Assembly (NCBI GenBank): GCA_963847855.1
Contig: CAWKBM010000002.1
Location: forward strand, 42,500-106,499
Length of the DNA stretch: 64,000 bases
Source of the DNA: an uncultured Acidimicrobiales bacterium
GTDB taxonomy: Bacteria > Actinomycetota > Acidimicrobiia > Acidimicrobiales > DATKAS01
Reading direction: 5' to 3'
A program made the translations under genes and the position numbers. The notes beneath the pieces were generated by a model. The model saw nothing but the letters and a program-made list of their open reading frames with translations. It was not told the origin of the DNA and searched no databases. Below, one piece after another: positions 32,172-41,787 of this stretch; positions within the stretch are counted from its first letter, which is position 1; each line of letters opens with the position of its first letter.

Positions 32172-32678
32172 TTGATCGACAACCTGCACGCGCTCCTCTT
32201 GCGGGTCTACCGGCGGCTTCCTCGTCGAGCCCGAGTCGCGATCGTGCACACGTTGGCGCCCACGTTCACGGTCGGAGCAGTGTGCGTGATCGAGCGGCCC
32301 GACGGCGCGGTGCTGCTGGTTCGGCACGCGTACAGGCGACGGTGGGGTCTGCCCGGAGGGCTGTTGAATCGCGGAGAGGACGCTCGTGTCGCGGCACAGC
32401 GTGAGGCCTTCGAAGAGGTCGGCGTGGACGTCGAGACGATCGGCGAGCCCGCTGTCGTAGTCGATCCCCGTCCCCGTCGAGTCGACATCATCTACCGCGC
32501 CCGGTTGGCCAACGGCACCGCGCCCGACGCGGTCCGTCCCACGTCGGTCGAGATCGTGGAAGCGCGATGGTTTCCCAGCGACGAGCTGCCCGAGCTGCAA
32601 CACGAGACCGCCGGCGCGCTGGTGGCGCTGGCGCGAGCCCGCCGGCCGATCAGCCCAGGCGACGAGCAGGAACGCTGA
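32172..32678 (+). CDS. NUDIX hydrolase
   Basis: The Nudix box is GLPGGLLNRGEDARVAAQREAFEEVG. The start is uncertain (TTG 32172 or a later TTG/GTG). Confidence 0.8.
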   Translation: MIDNLHALLLRVYRRLPRRARVAIVHTLAPTFTVGAVCVIERPDGAVLLVRHAYRRRWGLPGGLLNRGEDARVAAQREAFEEVGVDVETIGEPAVVVDPRPRRVDIIYRARLANGTAPDAVRPTSVEIVEARWFPSDELPELQHETAGALVALARARRPISPGDEQER

Positions 32679-33637
32679 CCGGCTCTGCCCACCCGATCGT
32701 CGACTCGGTGATGCGAGCCGTGCACGGATGGCGCAGCTTTGTGAGGGCCTTCGCCTCGATCTGACGGATGCGCTCACGGGTGAGCTTGTAGCCGTCGCCG
32801 ATGTCGGCGAGAGTGCGGGGCTCGTCGCTGCGGTCGAGTCCGAATCGCATCGACAGCACGTGACGCTCTCGCGGCGTGAGCCTCGACAGGACGGCTCGCA
32901 GCGCGTGCTCGTCGAGTCCGGCGGCGGCACGATCGAACGAGGCCTCGGCCTCGGGGTCGGCCAACAGGTCACCGAGCTCGCCGTCCCCGTCCTCACCGGT
33001 CGGTGCGGACAACGACAGGAGGTCGGCCGCGTGGATCTGCGTTGCCTCGACTCGATGCGGATCGAGGCCGGTGTCTTCCGCGAGCTCCTCGACGGTCGGC
33101 TCGCGGTCGAGGTCGGCGCGCAGCCGCTGCGCGCTCGCGCGAGACCGCCACGATCTGGTCGCGGACGTGGGCGGGCACCCTGATCGTCCGCGAGGTGTCG
33201 GCGATCGCCCTTCCGATCGCCTGGCGGATCCACCAGGTGGCGTACGTCGAGAACTTGAAGCCGCGGCGATGGTCGAACTTCTCGACGGCGCGCATCAAGC
33301 CGATGTTGCCCTCTTGGATGAGGTCGAGGATGCCGACTCCACTCGACTGGTACCGGCGAGCCACCGACACCACGAGGCGTAGGTTCGACTGGATGAAACG
33401 CCGTCGGGCCGCGTCTCCCTCGGTCACCGCCTTGTGCAGCTCGCGGCGACGCGCGACGGGGATGCGCGCCGTCGCGGCGTCCATCTCCTCTTGCGCGACG
33501 CGTGCGGCGACGATGGCGATCGCGAGCGAGACCTCGTCCGCTGCGGACAGCAACGGGTGCGCACCGATCTCGTCGAGGTAGCGCCGCAGCAGATCGCTCT
33601 CGTCACCACGCGTCGCAGTGGTGCGTGTCCCTGCCAT
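32650..33637 (-). CDS. RNA polymerase sigma-70 family factor (group 1/2-like); one frameshift near 33131
   Basis: Contains [24 protein letters not shown], region 2 [57 protein letters not shown], and region 4 [44 protein letters not shown]. The two halves are ORFs 32993..33796 and 32650..33012. Confidence 0.88.
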
Positions 33638-33661
33638 CGAGGGCGAGGGTAGTTCTCCCGG

Positions 33662-35218
33662 GTGCGCGAACATCGGATGATGCCGGCTCCCGAGAACGCA
33701 GTCATCGTCTTGCTCGACAGCTTGAATCGCCACCTTCTCGGTGCGTACGGCGGGGACGAGTTCGCGACGCCGAACCTCGACCGGTTCGCGGCGCAATCAG
33801 TGCGGTTCACGAACCACTTCACCGGGTCACTGCCGTGCATGCCGGCGCGTCACGACATCTTGTGCGGGCAGCTCGACTTCCTCTGGAAGCCGTGGGGCTC
33901 GGTCGAGCTGTGGGAGGACACCGTCGTGTACGAGCTGCACCGCTCGGGCGTGGTCACGATGCTCGTCAGCGACCACCCTCACCTCTTCGAGACGGGCGGC
34001 GAGAACTATCACGTCGACTTCACGGGGTGGGAGTACGAGCGTGGGCAAGGCGGTGACCCGTGGAAGACGCGCGCCGATCCGTCCTACGTCGGCGCGCCAG
34101 TGTTCGGCTTCTTCCCCGTCGAGGACTACCACCGCTCGCGCGGATGGTTCGGTGGCGAGGATGGCTTTCCGGGGCCGCGCACGATGGCGCGCGCCGCTGA
34201 CTGGATCGACGAGAACGCCGGCTGGCACGACCGATTCCTGCTCTTCGTCGACGAGTTCGATCCGCACGAGCCGTTCGACACGCCCGAGGCGTACGCCTCG
34301 CTCTACGACCCGACATGGGAGGGACCGCACCTCGTGCACCCCCCGTACATGGTCGGCGCGATCGACCACGGAGAGATGACCGAGCGTCAGGGCCAGCAGG
34401 TGCGGGCGTGCTACGGAGCGAAGCTCACCATGATCGACCACTGGTTGGGCCGGGTGCTCGCCGCGATCGATCGCAACGGCTTGGCCGACTCGACTGCGGT
34501 GATCGTGTGCACCGACCACGGTCACTACCTCGGCGATCGCAGAGTGCTCGACGCCGACCGAGGGCGCACCGACATCTGGGGGAAGCCGGGGGTCCCGATC
34601 TTCGAGCCGATGGGCCACATCCCGCTGATGGTGCGCATGCCCGGCGTCCCGGGGCGTGAGTGTGATGCTCTCACGACCAGCGTGGACCTGTGCGCCACGA
34701 TCGCCGACCTCTTCGGTGTCGTGATGCGCCAGCGCACAAGCGGTCAGTCGCTGCTGCCACTCGTTCGAAGTGAGACCGCATCGGTGCGCGATTGGGCGCT
34801 GACGGGAGTTTGGGGTCGCGAGGTGCACGTGGTGGATCGGCGCGCCACCTACGCGCGCGGGCCGGCCGGCGACAACGCGCCGCTGTCGATGTGGTCGAAC
34901 CGGTGGTCGACGATGCCGACCCGCGCGCTGTCCCGTCGCGACGAGCTGCCTCTGCCGGATGGGCGCGCGCAGCTCGCTCGCATGCCTGGCTCGGACATCC
35001 CTGTGATCCGTCAGCCCTTCACCGTCGGCGATCGGCTTCCGTATTGGGCGTTGACGCGGTTCACCGGCAACCACTTGCACGATCGTGTCGAGGATCCGGA
35101 GGAGGAGCGCAACCTTGCGGGCACCAGACGCGAGGCTGAGATGGCCGAGCTGCTGCGTGTCGCGCTGCTCGAGATGGAAGCACCCGCCGATCAGCTCGTG
35201 CGCCTCGGCCTCGCTTAG
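33662..35218 (+). CDS. sulfatase family protein (formylglycine-type)
   Basis: Contains [17 protein letters not shown] and the CxPxR motif in [10 protein letters not shown]. The product is 518 aa. Confidence 0.85.
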   Translation: MREHRMMPAPENAVIVLLDSLNRHLLGAYGGDEFATPNLDRFAAQSVRFTNHFTGSLPCMPARHDILCGQLDFLWKPWGSVELWEDTVVYELHRSGVVTMLVSDHPHLFETGGENYHVDFTGWEYERGQGGDPWKTRADPSYVGAPVFGFFPVEDYHRSRGWFGGEDGFPGPRTMARAADWIDENAGWHDRFLLFVDEFDPHEPFDTPEAYASLYDPTWEGPHLVHPPYMVGAIDHGEMTERQGQQVRACYGAKLTMIDHWLGRVLAAIDRNGLADSTAVIVCTDHGHYLGDRRVLDADRGRTDIWGKPGVPIFEPMGHIPLMVRMPGVPGRECDALTTSVDLCATIADLFGVVMRQRTSGQSLLPLVRSETASVRDWALTGVWGREVHVVDRRATYARGPAGDNAPLSMWSNRWSTMPTRALSRRDELPLPDGRAQLARMPGSDIPVIRQPFTVGDRLPYWALTRFTGNHLHDRVEDPEEERNLAGTRREAEMAELLRVALLEMEAPADQLVRLGLA

Positions 35219-35251
35219 GTCGGAGAGGGGACCGGTAGCCTCGACCCCTCA

Positions 35252-35324
35252 GGGCGCTTGGCGCAGTTGGTAGCGCACCTCCCTTACAAGGAGGGGGTCG
35301 GGGGTTCGAGTCCCTCAGCGCCCA
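35252..35324 (+). tRNA. tRNA-Val (TAC)
   Basis: Acceptor GGGCGCT/AGCGCCC, D-arm GCGC-AGTTGGTA-GCGC, anticodon stem CCTCC/GGAGG with loop CTTACAA, and T-arm GGGGG-TTCGAGT-CCCTC. Confidence 0.92.
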
Positions 35325-35383
35325 CTGTCGCAGGTCAGACGCCGGGGCATCTCAACCGAGCCTCGAGGGTGCGCGAGGTCAAC

Positions 35384-35495
35384 CGCTGCCGAACGTGGCG
35401 GCCAGTCGGCGCGGGCTCATCGCGACTATCCCGTCGATGAATTGCTGGCTGGTCGGCGCGGTTGGGGCGCTGCCGAACGTGGCGGCCAGTTGGCG
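35384..35495. repeat. two 28-bp direct repeats CGCTGCCGAACGTGGCGGCCAGTYGGCG spaced 84 bp apart
   Basis: The copies are at 35384..35411 and 35468..35495, with 1 mismatch. They lie 60 nt downstream of tRNA-Val. On the minus strand they fall inside a 42-codon ORF (35379..35507): MGQARQLAATFGSAPTAPTSQQFIDGIVAMSPRRLAATFGSG. Confidence 0.8.
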
Positions 35496-35558
35496 GGCCT
35501 GGCCCATTGTCGACGACTGAGGCGTCGTGATCGGGGTCAGTCCTCTGGCTCGCGACCC

Positions 35559-36446
35559 TCACATCCCTCCGGCAGCTGAAAGACCGATGAGAAAGTCCTG
35601 CTCGGCTTCATCGAAGTCGTCGAGGTTGACGTCGAGCTTGGCTTCAGTGTCGAGGCGGCTCTGACCCTGGGCTTCGATCTGTCCGGTGAGCACGCGCCGA
35701 CCTAGCGAGTCCTTCTGAGCATTGAGCTCGGCGGATCGAGCATTGGCAGTGTCCACCAAGTTCTCAAACTGCAGCACACCATCAGGGCCCTGCTTCAGCA
35801 GCTCGTCGAGTGCGACGGCACCCTTCGCTGGCCCAGCGGTCGAGAAGAAAACCAAGGCATCAGACGCGCCGCGCGCTGCGAGGACGGCAAGATTGGCTTG
35901 GAACCTCTCAGCTGCGTCGATCTGCTCATCGAACTCCCTGGTGATGGAATCGAGGGTCGCGTTTGTTCTCGGGTCGAGCCCGTCGAGCACGGAGTTCAGC
36001 GTGGGTACGCCGGTGATGAATGCGCTCAAGAACTCTTGCGTGGCATTCGTCACCTCATCGAGCTGCGCCTGCAGCGCGTCAGACTCGAGACCCGTCTCGT
36101 CCAATGCCTCCTCAAAGAGAACCTGATCCTGCCGACCGAACCGCGTCGCACGAGTGAGATCGGCCATTGCGGTAGCTGCAATCGTCGTCTCAGGCATGCG
36201 TGTGGACGACCCCGAAGCGCTGCGCATCGCAGGCGTCCCGCGCGTCGAGTCGACCAACGGCACCGCCGGATGGGATCTCGTCGGTGTCGGCGCGCTCCTC
36301 CCGGTTCCGCCTCCCGGGTAAGCAACGACCGCCCCGACCGCCAACGCGACGACGACGGCGGCGACGCCAGGGCGGCGCGAGGGCCGCCGGGGCGGCGCAT
36401 CTGTAGTGGTGGTTGGTGGATAGATCTCGTCGCGTGTTGCTTCCAT
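35559..36446 (-). CDS. hypothetical membrane-anchored protein (~295 aa)
   Basis: ATG 36446 is preceded by GGAGG-N5. The product has a Pro/Thr-rich N-terminus, one TM segment (GVAAVVVALAVGAVVAY) and an acidic helical C-terminal domain. I recognise no family. Confidence 0.55.
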   Translation of the reverse strand: MEATRDEIYPPTTTTDAPPRRPSRRPGVAAVVVALAVGAVVAYPGGGTGRSAPTPTRSHPAVPLVDSTRGTPAMRSASGSSTRMPETTIAATAMADLTRATRFGRQDQVLFEEALDETGLESDALQAQLDEVTNATQEFLSAFITGVPTLNSVLDGLDPRTNATLDSITREFDEQIDAAERFQANLAVLAARGASDALVFFSTAGPAKGAVALDELLKQGPDGVLQFENLVDTANARSAELNAQKDSLGRRVLTGQIEAQGQSRLDTEAKLDVNLDDFDEAEQDFLIGLSAAGGM

Positions 36447-36710
36447 CGAAACCTCCGCAGGGTCAGCGTGAGGATGTGCTCGAACGAGGCGCTCTACGTC
36501 ACCAAGACGGGTGAGAACCACCGCTGACCCTGACCAGCCTCAGGGTCAGCGCTCCCACCATCAGTGCCCCGATGAGCCCGGCCGCGGCAAGCCCGAGGAG
36601 CCAGATGCGCCTCGCCGCTTCTCGGACACTGGCTCAGCGCTGGACAAGTTGGTCTCCCTTCGAATACAGCGCGGTGTCGAGCGGGATCCCTGGGGTGCGC
36701 CGTCAACGGC

Positions 36711-37295
36711 TCAGGGACAGAGCACGTTCGGGTTCCACATCGCGAACGTGCCGCTCGGGTTGAACTTCCAAATCCACGCGTGCAGTGAGTAGTAAGCCGG
36801 CAGTCCGAACCGGTTCCCCGCGGGCGTGAACATGAACTCCTGCCCGAACAGCTTCGGGGGGCCGGAGTGGGTCTGGAGCCATGTCGCCTCGTCCACGATG
36901 TACTCGAGCGCGACGAGCCGGTTGTGGCCCGCGCCGTCGGGCTCGTAGACGAGCACCTGGGGTTTGCTCGCCTCGACCATGTTGTCGAGTGCGGAGAGGT
37001 AGTGGACGCCCATCGCACCAGCGCTCGGGACGGTCGGGTCAGCGATGCAGGTGATGCCGTTGATGTCGGCGACCTGGATCGAGTAGCCCCCGCGGGCCGC
37101 GTTCTCGAAGCGCAGGAACGGAGCGGTGGCGACAGCGGCGCGGATCAGCTCCACGACCGGTCCCGGACCGCCCCGGGTGTCGTTCATCGTGCTCCCGTTG
37201 CCCATCGTGTGTGCGCTGGCCGAGGTCACCAGGCTGAGCGGCCCGGCCAAGACGGCGATGGCCGCCGCGAGCACCATGCGGTGTCGTTTCATCAT
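36711..37295 (-). CDS. hypothetical secreted protein (~194 aa)
   Basis: GAAGGAAG-N6-ATGATG leads into the signal peptide MMKRHRMVLAAAIAVLAGPLSLVTSASA. The mature part (...AGAMGVHYLSALDNMVE...YYSLHAWIWKFNPSGTFAMWNPNVLCP) matches no family I recognise. Confidence 0.6.
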   Translation of the reverse strand: MMKRHRMVLAAAIAVLAGPLSLVTSASAHTMGNGSTMNDTRGGPGPVVELIRAAVATAPFLRFENAARGGYSIQVADINGITCIADPTVPSAGAMGVHYLSALDNMVEASKPQVLVYEPDGAGHNRLVALEYIVDEATWLQTHSGPPKLFGQEFMFTPAGNRFGLPAYYSLHAWIWKFNPSGTFAMWNPNVLCP

Positions 37296-37435
37296 GTCTG
37301 TCTTCCTTCGGGTGAGGAGGTGTCGGGGGCGATCCCGGCATCCAAGGTGCGCCGCTCGCCTCACGCGCCGCTCACCCGCGCTCACGAAACGCTCACGGGA
37401 GCCGCGGAGCGCCGTCGTCAGTAGATTGGGGGGTA

Positions 37436-39535
37436 GTGGGGTGCTCCTTCGGGATCCTCGGGCCGCTCCAGGTAGTGGTCGACGGCGTTGACATCACGCC
37501 TTCTGCGCCGAAGGAACGTGCACTCCTGGCGATGCTCCTCATCAACCACGGCCAAGCCGTCAGCGTCGACCAGCTCGTGGAGGAGCTCTGGCCCAAGCTG
37601 GATGGGGACCGGGCACGCCGAGTGGTCCAGGTTCGGGCGGCCGCGCTTCGCAAGTCGCTCAGAGACGTTCAGGCGCCGGCCGCCATCGAGTTCGTCAATG
37701 CCGCGTACCGCCTGTCTGTGGCGCCGGGCGACGTCGACGCCGACCGCTTCTTGACGCTCACCGAGCGCGCTCTGGGTCAATCGCGCGGCGGGGACCCCGC
37801 CGCCGCTGCTCTCTCGCTGGCCCAGGCGCTCGGACTTTGGCGCGGCCAGCCGCTCTCCGATGTGCGAGGCGGTGTGAGCCTGGATGCCGAGGCCGCGCGC
37901 CTCGACGAGGCCCATCTGGAGGCGATCGAGGACCGGATCGATGCCGACTTGGCGTGTGGTCGGCACCGTGACTTGCTTCCGGAGCTAGACGGGCTCGTCG
38001 CCCTGTACCCCCTCCGGGAGCGGCTGTGGGGTCAACACGTCTTGGCTCTGTACCGCGACGGGAGGCAGACCGAAGCGCTACAGGCATGCGCGTCGATTCG
38101 ACGGCGGCTCGCTGACGACTGGGGCGTGGACCCTGGACCGGCGCTTCGAGCGCTCGAGACCGCCGTGCTCGAGCAGCACTGCAGTCTCGACTGGGTCGCG
38201 GTTTCCGAGGCTGGGCCACCGGGGACCCACGGCGAGTCGTCGGCGGGCGAGATCCCGGAGATTCGTTACGCCAAGGCAAAGGACGGCGTCAGCATCGCCT
38301 TTCAGGTCACGGGCGACGCGCCCACCGATCTGATCATCGTCCCGGGATACACCTCGCATCTCGAGACATGGTGGGAGGCGTGGTCCGGACGGCTCGTCCG
38401 TCGGCTCGCGTCGTTCTCCCGGCTCATCCTCTTCGACAAGCGCGGGACAGGCCTGTCCGATCGGCCGACTCGAGTCGAGCTCGATGAGTGGGTCGAGGAC
38501 GTGGGCGTCGTACTTGACGCGGTTGGGTCGGAGCGCGCAACGATCCTCGGCGTATCGGCTGGCTCACCGATCGCGATCCTCTTCGCGGCCACCTACCCCG
38601 AACGCACCCGAGCGCTCATGATCTACGGCGGATATGCCCGAGTTCTCCGGGACGACGACTACGAGTTCGGCATTCCGCCTGCGGAGTTGAACGAGGGCAT
38701 CGAGTCTCTCGAGGCTGGGTGGGGGACAGGCTCAGCGCTCAAACGGTGGTGTCCGAGCGCTCGTGACGACCCTGTCGCTCGGGAGCAGTTCGGCCGGTAT
38801 GAGCGGATCTCTGCGAGCCCGGGTGCGGCTACTGCCTACCTCAGAGTCGTGTGCGCGATCGACGTGCGTCACGCGCTCCCGATGGTGAGTGCCCCGACGC
38901 TCGTGCTGCACGCTGCTCGTGACGTCGCTACACCGATCGAGTGCGCTCGGTATGTCGCGGAGCACATACCCGATGCAACCCTCTGCGAGCTCGACAGCGC
39001 CGATCACCTGATCTGGTTCTCCGACGCGCTCGATGAGATGACGAGCCGCATGCAGGATTTCGTGACGGGATCGCCGCCTGCGTACGACGTGAACCGTGCC
39101 CTTTCGACCGTCCTCGTCGTCGAGCTGCTCGACGCGCCTCCTCGACCCGCGTCGTGCATCGATTGTGAGCTCATCGAGCGCTTCCGAGGGAGGGCAGTAC
39201 GCCGCGGACCGAAGGAAGTGGTGGCCACGTTCGACGGCCCCGGTCGGGCGATCCGCTGCGCGTTGGCGATCATCCACGACCTGCGGTCGAGAGGACTCGA
39301 TGCTCGCGCTGGTGTGCACAGCGGCGAGTGCGACGTTACGAACGGCGAGACTGGAGGTATGGCCGTTGAAATCGCCCAGCGAGTCTGCGCGCTCGCTGGG
39401 GCGGCGGAGCTGCTCGTGTCCCAGACCGTTCGCGATCTGGTTTACGGGAGCACGATCAGCTTCGGCGACCCTCGCGATGATCATCTCGACGGACTACCGC
39501 GCGACTGGCGTGTCTTTGCCGTGACCGGCGTGTGA
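37436..39535 (+). CDS. three-domain regulator: SARP/AfsR-type winged helix + BTAD, alpha/beta-hydrolase fold, degenerate class III cyclase-like domain
   Basis: The N-terminus FGILGPLQVVVDGVDITPSAPKERALLAMLL...LWRGQPLSD...LRERLWGQHVLALYRDGRQTEAL is SARP plus BTAD. The middle IRYAKAKDGVSIAFQVTGDAPTDLIIVPGY...LFDKRGTGLSD...ILGVSAGSPIA is an alpha/beta hydrolase with a GxSxG motif. The C-terminus ATFDGPGRAIRCALAIIHDLRSRGLDARAGVHSGECDV...LVSQTVRDLV...WRVFAV is cyclase-like. Confidence 0.8.
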   Translation: MGCSFGILGPLQVVVDGVDITPSAPKERALLAMLLINHGQAVSVDQLVEELWPKLDGDRARRVVQVRAAALRKSLRDVQAPAAIEFVNAAYRLSVAPGDVDADRFLTLTERALGQSRGGDPAAAALSLAQALGLWRGQPLSDVRGGVSLDAEAARLDEAHLEAIEDRIDADLACGRHRDLLPELDGLVALYPLRERLWGQHVLALYRDGRQTEALQACASIRRRLADDWGVDPGPALRALETAVLEQHCSLDWVAVSEAGPPGTHGESSAGEIPEIRYAKAKDGVSIAFQVTGDAPTDLIIVPGYTSHLETWWEAWSGRLVRRLASFSRLILFDKRGTGLSDRPTRVELDEWVEDVGVVLDAVGSERATILGVSAGSPIAILFAATYPERTRALMIYGGYARVLRDDDYEFGIPPAELNEGIESLEAGWGTGSALKRWCPSARDDPVAREQFGRYERISASPGAATAYLRVVCAIDVRHALPMVSAPTLVLHAARDVATPIECARYVAEHIPDATLCELDSADHLIWFSDALDEMTSRMQDFVTGSPPAYDVNRALSTVLVVELLDAPPRPASCIDCELIERFRGRAVRRGPKEVVATFDGPGRAIRCALAIIHDLRSRGLDARAGVHSGECDVTNGETGGMAVEIAQRVCALAGAAELLVSQTVRDLVYGSTISFGDPRDDHLDGLPRDWRVFAVTGV

Positions 39536-39774
39536 CTCCACCTTGGCACGGGCGCGGGACGGGCCGGTCTACCTCGACGAGGTGATGGCGGTCACCGCGT
39601 TGATGTAACTCGTCGACCAGCAACGACCCGTCACGGGGAGCGAACCAACGGATCCCTTCGGAGCGGACCGGGCCGGGGGTCGCGAGAAGCAGACGGCGAC
39701 ATCCAGGTGTGCATCTGACGGCGAACCAGCCGGTCCCGGCCACCGCCAGGAGCGCCGCACAACGAATCGTTCAC

Positions 39775-39890
39775 CCCCTAACTGTGCGCGTTTCGCTCAG
39801 CGCCGACCTGCGGAAACGAGGTTGAGCACAGCGCTCAGCCTCCGATGCCTTCCAAGGAGGGGGTCGGGGGTTCGAGTCCCTCAGCGCCCA
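39775..39890 (+). repeat. att-like repeat A: conserved 73-nt arm plus the tRNA-Val 3' half
   Basis: 39848..39890 equals the last 43 nt of tRNA-Val (35282..35324) with 1 mismatch. There is no matching 5' acceptor strand, so this is not a tRNA gene. Confidence 0.85.
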
Positions 39891-40075
39891 CTGATCGCAC
39901 GTCACACCTCTCGTGCGCGAGTGTCACCTCCCTTCCTTCGGGCGCACAGCGTGACTTCAACCTCGGATAGTGGTCTGCGGGCAGATCTGGCCGTGGACGC
40001 TTGCTGGGGCGCACGCGCGGTCTGCTCACTGCGTTGCATAGCTGCCTGCCTCGACACCAGCTTCGAGGTTTGGGT

Positions 40076-41782
40076 CTAGTTCGCCCGAAAGGCGGCGATC
40101 GCGTCGTCGAGCGCGGCATACACGTGGTTGCGCCCAATCAATGCGGTGAGTCCGAACTCGTCGAGTTCGGCAACCACTGGGTCGCGAGCCTCGGCAACGG
40201 CGAACACGACCCCGCGCTCGGAGAGTTGCTCCGCGAGCTCGACGAGTGTCTTTCCGCCGGTGAAGTCGACATCGTCGATTGCGTCGGCGAGGAGGACGAG
40301 CCAGCGTGGCTTGTCGGGCACGTCGACGAGTTTGAGCACCTCATCGACGAAGCGCGCCGCGTTTGCATAGAACAGTCCCACTCCGAAGCGATAGACCACC
40401 AAACCGGGCTCGGTGCTCGCACCGGGGACAGCGGGAACGCTGACGGAGCGCCCTCGCTCGTCCCGAGTGATCACCGAGTCGTGGGGGTCGTAGTGGCGCT
40501 TCACGTGGTCGAGAAGCGACATCACGATCGCGAGCAGGATCCCCTGCTCCACGCCGACGCAGACGACCACTATCGCTGTCGCTGCGGCGATCGCGAACTC
40601 GTCCCGACGCAGCCGCAGGATCTCCCGCATGTGCTTGACGTCGACGAGCTTTATTCCGATCACGAACACAACGGCGGACAGCACGGCGTTCGGCATGTAC
40701 TGGAGCGGCTTCGTCAGGAACAGGAGCACAACTGCCACGGTCGCGGCCATGGCCAGCATGGCGACCTGGGTATTGCTCTTGGCCTCGTCAGCCATCTCGG
40801 TCTTCGTGGGGCTCCCGTTGACGGGGAATGCGCTGCTGAGTCCGGCGGCGAGGTTCGCGAGGCTGAGACCGACGAGGTCGTTGTTCTCGACAAAGCGGTC
40901 CTTGTACTTGACGGCGTAGGCGCGCGAGGTCGCCGCGCTCTGAGCCAGGATGACAAGGAACATCGATACGGCGGTCGCTAGTAGGGGAACGACATCGTTC
41001 CACCCGACGCCGCTCGGCAGCCCGAGCGACGGTAGCCCGCTCGGCACCGGTCCGAGCACCGAGACGCCGTGCGACGACAGGTCGAAACCCCAGCTGACAA
41101 GAAGCGCTCCGACCACCGCGACGAGACCGCCGGGGATGGCTTTGATCCATCGCCCGAACACCAGGAGCGTGACGATCACGGACACCGACACCGCCAGGGT
41201 CGTGATCGACGTGTCGGGAATCTCCTTCAGGGTGTCCCAGAACTTGACGAGATTGCCGCCCACCCGATTCAGGTCGACAGTCGGAGAGGCGACTCCGAGC
41301 ATGCCTGCGAACTGGCCCAGCGCGACCTGGATTCCGACGCCCGTGAGGAAGCCAACCAGCACAGTCCGCGAGATGAAGTCGGCCAGGAAGCCCAGTCGGG
41401 CGACGCGGGCAACGAGCAGGAGCACGCCGGTGATCAGGGCGGCCAGACTCGCGTAGGCGAGCCACTCATTCGTTCCCGGCTGCAGTCCCGCGACACCGAG
41501 CCCCGCGATGCCGGCGTAGAGGATCGCCGCCGTTGCCGAGTCGCCGCCGACGACGAGATGGCGCGAGGAGCCGAGTACGGCGAACACGACTGCCGGGAGC
41601 AGGATCGTGTATAGCCCGGTGATGACAGGGGTGCCCGCGATCTTGGTGTAGCCCATGACCTCGGGAATCGCGAGCGCCGCAAGCGTGACGCCGGCGACGA
41701 TGTCTCGGGACAAGAGGGAGTGGTCGTATGGCCGGATTCCTTGGAGCACGGTGACGTACCTCCCGACCCCGGTTCTCGACAT
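40076..41782 (-). CDS. SulP family anion transporter with C-terminal STAS domain
   Basis: The real start is M68 of the listed ORF: MSRTGVGRYVTVLQGIRPYDHSLLSRDIVAGVTLAALAIPEVMGYTKIAGTPVITGLYT.... The C-terminal part PGLVVYRFGVGLFYANAARF...VVFAVAEARDPV is STAS-like. Confidence 0.88.
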   Translation of the reverse strand: MSRTGVGRYVTVLQGIRPYDHSLLSRDIVAGVTLAALAIPEVMGYTKIAGTPVITGLYTILLPAVVFAVLGSSRHLVVGGDSATAAILYAGIAGLGVAGLQPGTNEWLAYASLAALITGVLLLVARVARLGFLADFISRTVLVGFLTGVGIQVALGQFAGMLGVASPTVDLNRVGGNLVKFWDTLKEIPDTSITTLAVSVSVIVTLLVFGRWIKAIPGGLVAVVGALLVSWGFDLSSHGVSVLGPVPSGLPSLGLPSGVGWNDVVPLLATAVSMFLVILAQSAATSRAYAVKYKDRFVENNDLVGLSLANLAAGLSSAFPVNGSPTKTEMADEAKSNTQVAMLAMAATVAVVLLFLTKPLQYMPNAVLSAVVFVIGIKLVDVKHMREILRLRRDEFAIAAATAIVVVCVGVEQGILLAIVMSLLDHVKRHYDPHDSVITRDERGRSVSVPAVPGASTEPGLVVYRFGVGLFYANAARFVDEVLKLVDVPDKPRWLVLLADAIDDVDFTGGKTLVELAEQLSERGVVFAVAEARDPVVAELDEFGLTALIGRNHVYAALDDAIAAFRAN

Positions 41783-41787
41783 ACCGT

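Noticed and set aside
33638-33661. The 24-bp gap between the divergent sigma-factor and sulfatase starts considered as a shared regulatory site.
   Set aside because: The start codons of both genes are uncertain (alternative ATGs lie at 33677/33680 for the sulfatase). The gap size is therefore not reliable enough to interpret.
39848-39890. The tRNA-Val-like fragments at 39.85, 46.51 and 49.78 kb considered as additional tRNA genes.
   Set aside because: No 5' acceptor strand or D-arm complementary to the 3' end can be drawn upstream, and copy C also lacks the T-stem 3' strand and acceptor end. They are partial duplications, not genes.
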